64,000 bases of DNA from Rebecca billardiae RCC1528. Lineage: Eukaryota; Protista; Haptophyta. Each line of letters begins with the position of its first letter. The stretch's first letter is position 1. The notes beneath the pieces were generated by a model. The model was not told the DNA's origin and made no database searches. It worked only from the letters and a program-made list of their open reading frames with translations. Where the stretch lies: positions 620,001 to 684,000 of the forward strand of contig OZ251232.1 of NCBI GenBank assembly GCA_965240325.2, written 5' to 3'. Shown piece by piece: positions 58,549 through 64,000 of the stretch. The translations under genes were made by a program, and so were the position numbers.

Positions 58549-59128
58549 TCAGAAGTCGTCATCGTTGGGCATGTCGTCGTCGTCATCGAATGCCCGCCGC
58601 CGGTTGAAGACGATCTTGGGCTTGTGCTCCTCGGTGGGCGCGGTCACCTGCTCGAGGATGCGGATGAGCTGCGGCTCGTCGACCTTTCCCCGGAGCTGCC
58701 CGACCTGGGCCATCTTGATGATGGCGTCCTCCACCTTGCGCGCCTTGTCGGCCTTCACCAGCGCGATGCGTGAGAGCCGGGCGCGCGCGTCAGGTGTGAT
58801 CAGCTGCACCAACATCTCCTCGCGCATCTCCGCCATCCGCCTGGCGCGCGCACGAGGCACGATGGCGGTCGGTGGCGGCGTGTGTGGGGAGGGGGCTCCA
58901 TCAGACGCGCGTGCGCGCGCGCCGCGCGGGGCCGGTGCGCTTGGGGGCACGCGGCGCGGGACGCACGCGAGGGCGGGCCAGCCGAGGCGCCACGCGCGCG
59001 CACTTTTGCTGCTGCTGCTCCTGCTGCATCTTCTCCACGTCAAAGTTGCCCCCCGCGCCAGCGCCACCACCTCCCTGCATCTGAGCCATGCGCTGCGCGC
59101 GCATCTGCGCGAGCTCGTCGTCGGCCAT
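58549..59128 (-). CDS. PDCD5: Programmed cell death protein 5 (dsDNA-binding TFAR19 family)
   Basis: Exons 59128-59004 and 58840-58549: MADDELAQMRAQRMAQMQ...QLITPDARARLSRIALVKADKARKVEDAIIKMAQVGQLRGKVDEPQLIRILEQV...KIVFNRRRAFDDDDD. Confidence 0.95.
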
Positions 59129-59311
59129 GACCTGAGAGGCTCGCGTCGACGCGGCGGTCGACCGTTGAGCCGTGGGCCGAGGGCGTTAACGATGGCGCCC
59201 AGCGCGGCCGCGCAGGCGTGCGATCACAACTACATTCTCACAAGCCATTTATTTTTTAGTGGACGACGCGATGTATTTTTTCTCATCGATCGATCCACAC
59301 GCTGCCACCGT

Positions 59312-59539
59312 CTACAGGTCGAGTGCGAAGCGGCTGAGCTCCGCGCGGATCGACGGCTCGTCCGCCGCTCCGGATGCCGCCACGTGTGCGGCCACGCGCG
59401 TCGCGCCGACGCCGGCGGCTCCCGCGCTCGGCGCGGGCGAGGACAGCGAGCGTGTGCCCGGCGCCGCGCGCCCCGCGCCGCCCGAGCGGCCGGTCGATCG
59501 CACGCGCCGCAGCCCTGGCACGAGGAAGTGCGACGAGCT

Positions 59540-59581
<42 letters not shown>

Positions 59582-62500
59582 CGCGGCGCTTGCGCCCGCG
59601 AGCCAGCTGCGCTCCGCGCGGCGCCGCGCGCCCGGCGGCGGCAGCACCGCCTCGGCCGACACCTGCGAGACCGAGCCGTCCGCGCTCGCGCGCGCCGCGC
59701 CCGCGCCCGCGGCCGCGTCGCCGGCGCTCGGCGCGGCGACGACGCGGATCAGCCGCAGCCGCGCGGCGCGCGCGGCGCGCGCGAGCGCGCGCGCGCGCGC
59801 GAGCGAAGCCCCGCCCGGCTCGAGCAGCTCCGCCGGCGTGTCGAGCGCGTGCGCCAGCGCGCGCGTCGCGCCCACCAGCTGCGCATACGCGTGCACCTCG
59901 GCACGGCTGCGCTCGTCCAGCGCGCCGCCGGCCGGCAGCGGCCCAAGCCCGGAGCCAAACGCTGACCCAGACGGGCCGTGCGCGGAGCGCGCGCCGTCGA
60001 GCAGGGCGCGGCGCAGCCGCGTGGGCAGCGCGCGCTCGTGGGAGAGGTAGGTGAGCACGGCCCAGTGCGACGCAGTCTCCTCGCACAGCTGCGTGTCCGT
60101 CAGCAGCGCGGCGAGCTCGGCAAGGAAGCGCGCCACGCCGGCGCGAGAGCCCGAGCGCTGTTGGGCCGCGTCGGCAAGCGCGGCGCGCTCGGCGCCCGGC
60201 TGGCACAGCCGCCAGCGCGCCGCGGCGGCGGCGTCGGCGCGGCGCGCGTGGACGGCGGAGTGGCGGACGGGCAGCAGGGCCGAGTCGCACAGCTGGGCGC
60301 ACGCGTCCTCGAGCGAGGCAGCGCCGGCGCCGTCCGCCGCCTGCCCACCGCCAGCTGGCGGCGCGGCCGCATCCGCGGCCGTGGCGCCGCCCGGCTGCGC
60401 CGCCGCCGCCGCCGAACCCACCGCCGATCCATCGGCGGCCGAGGCCGCGTGGGAGGCCTCTGGGCGCATCAGCTCGGGCCAGTCGGCGCAGCGAGAGTGA
60501 AACCGACGGCTGCGCAGCACGCGGGGCGCCGCGCCGCGCCGGCGGTGGGCGGCCGCTCGATCAGAGACAGCGCGGCGCGCAGGCGGCGCGCGCGCAGGCT
60601 GCGGCGCGCGGCGCGGGCGCGCGGCGCGGGCGGCGGGCGCGCCGCGCGGCGCGGCGCGGGGCGGGGGCCGGCGCGCGGCGCAGTGCGCGCGCGCACAGGG
60701 CCCGGCAGTCGAGCAGAGGGTGCACAGGGAAGTCGAACGGCTCACACCCAGGGCACGCCGGCCGCAGCTCGGAGAAGGGCTGCGCCAGCCGAGCGACCGC
60801 CGCCGTCCACGCCAGGTCGTGCGCGCACACGCGCCGCCACGCGCGGCTGAGGCGCGCCATGCTGCCGAGGCGCAGCGCGGCGCGCGCACGGAGCGGCGGC
60901 ACGGGGCAGCGGGCGGACGGCGGCGAGACGGGCGGTCAGCGTGCGCGTGGGCGCGCGCGCACGCGCCGGCCAACGCATCCCCCGTTCCCCACCCCGCCAC
61001 GCGCGCGTGCACGGCACGGCCGCACGCGCGCAGCCGAGCGCGCGCGCGCGTGCCCGCGCGGCGCGCACCGCCCCACCTCCCGCGCGGAGGGCAGCTTGTC
61101 CAGGATGAGCGCGAGCACGTCGTCCGCGGCGTCTGAGGCGTGCGCGCTGGCGGCCGGGCCGCGCGCCGCGCACGCCGCGCACGCGCCCTCGCACAGCTCC
61201 GCGCAGCCGCAGCGAGCGTGCCGCTCCATCGCCGCCGAGCCGCCCGCCTCCGCGCCGCCCGCGCCGCCGGCGCGCGCGTGCTGCTGCTGGGTGGGTGCGG
61301 GCCGGGTGGCGACGGCGCGGTCGGCGAGGCGGCGGACGGCGCGGCGCGGGCCGTCGACATCACGGCCGAGGCTGAGCGCGTGCAGCGCCTCGACGCCCTC
61401 CTCGCCCGCGGGCTGCGCCACCGCCCGCGCCCTCCCGGACCCACCGGGCGCGGGGCAGAGAGCCGTCTCCGCGGCACGGCGCGCGCCGCCGCCGCCGCCG
61501 CAGCCGGCGCCGCCGGTGCCGCCGCCGCCGCCGCCACTGCCGCCGATGACGACGCCCCCGCATGCCTCGCTCTCGCCTCGCGCGCTCGAGCCGTCTCCGC
61601 CGGCGGCGCCCGCGCGCAGCGCGCGGCGCGAGGGCTCGACGTGCGGGTCCGCGTCCACACGCGCGCGCTTTGCGCGCGGCGTGATGAGCGGTGCCGGCGG
61701 CGTCGGCGCGAGCGGCGGTGGCGGTGGCGGCGCGGGCCGCGCGGTGGCGCCGGTGCCCAGCTGGGCGGCGGGCGGCGCGCACGCGGCCGGCGGCGGGTGA
61801 GCTCGCGCGTGCGCCGAGCCGTGCTGCGCCGAGGCGCTCGGCTCGGCCACGCCGCCGCCTCCCCAGCTGTGCGCGTCGGACGCCTCCGCCGCCGTCGACA
61901 GCTCGGCGTGAGGCGCGGGCGGAGACGCTGGCGGCGGCCGGCCGGAGCGCTCGGGCGCGCCGCTTGCCGTCGCCCCCGTCGAGGTGGCGGCGCCGACGCA
62001 GCCGTGCGCGCTCGGCGCGCGCGCGCGGGCGCTCGCAGACGCCTCGGCTCGCTGCCCGCCGTGGGGCGCCGCCGGCGCCCGCTCGTCGGCGCGCTCGGCC
62101 AACGCCGCCGCGGGCGCCGTGGCCGAGCCCGCGGCCGGTATCGTCGGCGCCGCCGCGGCCTCGCGCGCGGCGCGCGGCGGCGCGCACGCGCGCTGCTGCT
62201 CGGCGGCGCGGCCTGCGCCTGCGCCGACACGGCCAGCGCGCGAGCCGCCGCCCAGGTCGAGCCCTCCGAGCCCGAGCCGCGTGTGCCACACCGCCGAGTC
62301 GTCCTCCGGCGCGCTCTCGCCCGCCCCCCCGTCGCTGCACACGTCGCCAGAGCCCTCAGTGTCACTGCCGCCGCTGCCAGAGCCGGCGGCGCGCGCGGCG
62401 TGCGCGGCCGCGCGCGCGGACGCGGCGGCACGCGCGCGCGCGCGCGCGCCGGCGGCGCCGCCCGCCTCCTCCGCGCCGTGCCGACCGTTGGCGGGCGCCG

Positions 62501-63506
62501 CGATGCCGGCGGCCGTGCTCGCGGCGGCAGCACCGGCGCTCACGCCGCCCGCCGCGGCCGCGCCGCCAGCTCGGGCGTGCGCGTGCGCGTGCGCGTGCGG
62601 CGGCGGTGTGCTCAGCAGCGCGGCGCCGCGGACCGGTGCGGGCGGCGGCGGGCTGGCGCCGCCGTCGGCCCGCGCACGCGCCGCGCCGAACGGCGCCGCG
62701 TCCACGCCGATCGACGCGCGCGCGAACGGGTTGCTCGACTGCGCCACCAGCGGCGACGAGAGCGTGCTGCCATCGCAGTGCGCGGCAGCGCCGGCCGGTG
62801 CGCCGCCCGCGCCCGCCGCGCCCGCCGCGCCCGTGTGCGCGCCGGCTGCTGCCGCGTGCCGCGGGAGCGCCCACCACGGCCGGCCGTCGCCCTGGTGCCA
62901 GACGATCGGCGTCGAGCGCGCCGGCTGCGGCCGCGCGGCGGCCGTCGCCCGCCGCTCGCCCTGGCCGTCTGTGCTCACGCGGTCGTCCGCGGCGCACCAC
63001 GCCGCCTCGGGCGAGGCGGCGGTCGAGCGCGCGGCGCGCTTGCTCGCCGAGCGAGCGGCGCTGCCGGCGGGTGCGGAGGAGTGTGCCACCGCGGCGGAGA
63101 GCTGGCACGCCGCGAGGAAGCCCTCCAGCGCGCACTCGCTCGCTGCGCCGGCGTCAGACCGACCCGCATCCGCGGCCGACTGACACGAGGCCGAGCGCGA
63201 GTCATCGTCGCGCACCTGGGCGTCCGAGCCGTGCGCGGGCGCGTGGCTGAGGGTCTTGCTCCGCGCGGCTTTCACCGCGCGCCGCGGCGCCAGGCTCGCG
63301 TGGTTGCGCTTGCTGCCAGACGCGAGCGCTCCGGTCGGCGGTGGCGGCGGCAGCAAACCCGCGCCGCCGCTCGAGTCAGCGAGGACGAGCGAGTCGGCGC
63401 CGTCGGAGCTGGCGCAGCGGAGCACGTTGCCTTCGTACGTCCGCTGCCCCGTCTTCAGCCGGTCCCGCCAGCGGCATCCCGGGTAGCGCGGCGCCCCTGG
63501 CTCCAT
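59312..63506 (-). CDS. Large low-complexity protein with an internal F-box
   Basis: Exons 63506-61069, 60861-60697, 60509-59312. Splicing reconstitutes an F-box: DDVLALILDKLPSAREVGRMARLSRAWRRVCAHDLAW. Confidence 0.65.
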
Positions 63507-63765
63507 GCCAAGAGCTCTCCCGCCCCCCTTCGCTGTGCCTGCCCGCCGCGCAAGCGCCAAGCAGGCTTGGCCGCGGGCACCGCCGCACTGGGCATTAGAT
63601 GAGCCCCGATACCTACCGGCGGCTACCCGCCCCGTTGAGTGCCAGTCATCATCAAATCTGAGCTCACGTCCAGCCTGAAAATCTCGTCAGCAGAAAATAG
63701 CGCGGGAAAACGAAAACATGAGAAGCGGTGCCGACTGCCGAGGCCAGGACGCAAAGGTCCGCACG

Positions 63766-64000
63766 ATGGCGTCGCGCTCGGCGCTCGCTCGTGAGCTGGC
63801 GGGCATGATCCGCTTCCGCGGCCCCGTCACGTTCGCCGAGTACATGCGGCAGTGCCTGACGCACCCGGTGCACGGGTACTACATGCGCCGCGACGTCTTC
63901 GGCCGGCGCGGCGACTTCATCACCGGCCCTGAGATCTCGCAGGTCTTTGGCGAGCTGGTGGGGGTGTGGTGCGTCGCGATGTGGCAGCAGCTGGGCGAGC
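63766..64000 (+). CDS. NDUFAF7: NDUFAF7/MidA mitochondrial protein-arginine methyltransferase, 5' part only
   Basis: LAGMIRFRGPVTFAEYMRQCLTHPVHGYYMRRDVFGRRGDFITGPEISQVFGELVGVW; in-frame upstream ATG at 63718; runs off the right edge. Confidence 0.92.
   Translation, partial: MASRSALARELAGMIRFRGPVTFAEYMRQCLTHPVHGYYMRRDVFGRRGDFITGPEISQVFGELVGVWCVAMWQQLGE

Noticed and set aside
60480-60780. Possible PHD/zinc finger (CPGC...H...C...FHSRC) in the F-box protein
   Set aside because: After splicing, ligand number and spacing do not fit C4HC3 or RING.

Overview
A very GC-rich (roughly 70-75% by eye), gene-dense eukaryotic genomic window. Short GC-rich spliceosomal introns, signal-plus-transit-type N-termini and the gene content point to an alga with a complex red-derived plastid. 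A pavlovophyte haptophyte such as Diacronema is my best guess (inference, not verified). I can support about 23 protein genes, mostly in alternating head-to-head and tail-to-tail pairs: a Pro-rich type I membrane protein, TFB5, a multi-TM TIR-like protein, a MAPKK, a PhyH-like dioxygenase, a GT61, a voltage-sensor/class III cyclase fusion, two F-box-like/ankyrin proteins, a ~3950-aa single-ORF giant, a PAO-family Rieske oxygenase, arsenite methyltransferase, a degenerate metallophosphoesterase, LRRC40, a Methyltransf_24 enzyme, an MLO/EF-hand fusion, an S28 peptidase, a plastid-type protein with two RbcX-like repeats, PDCD5, an F-box protein and the start of NDUFAF7. There are two long inverted-repeat non-autonomous elements, one with a clean 7-bp TSD and P-like CAAGG ends just upstream of arsM, plus several microsatellites. 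Most long ORFs in the supplied track are GC shadow frames. Best leads: the tandem RbcX-like protein, the cyclase lacking both metal-binding aspartates, the MLO fused to a calmodulin-like domain, and the membrane-anchored TIR-like protein. All homology calls come from motif recognition by eye; no searches were run.
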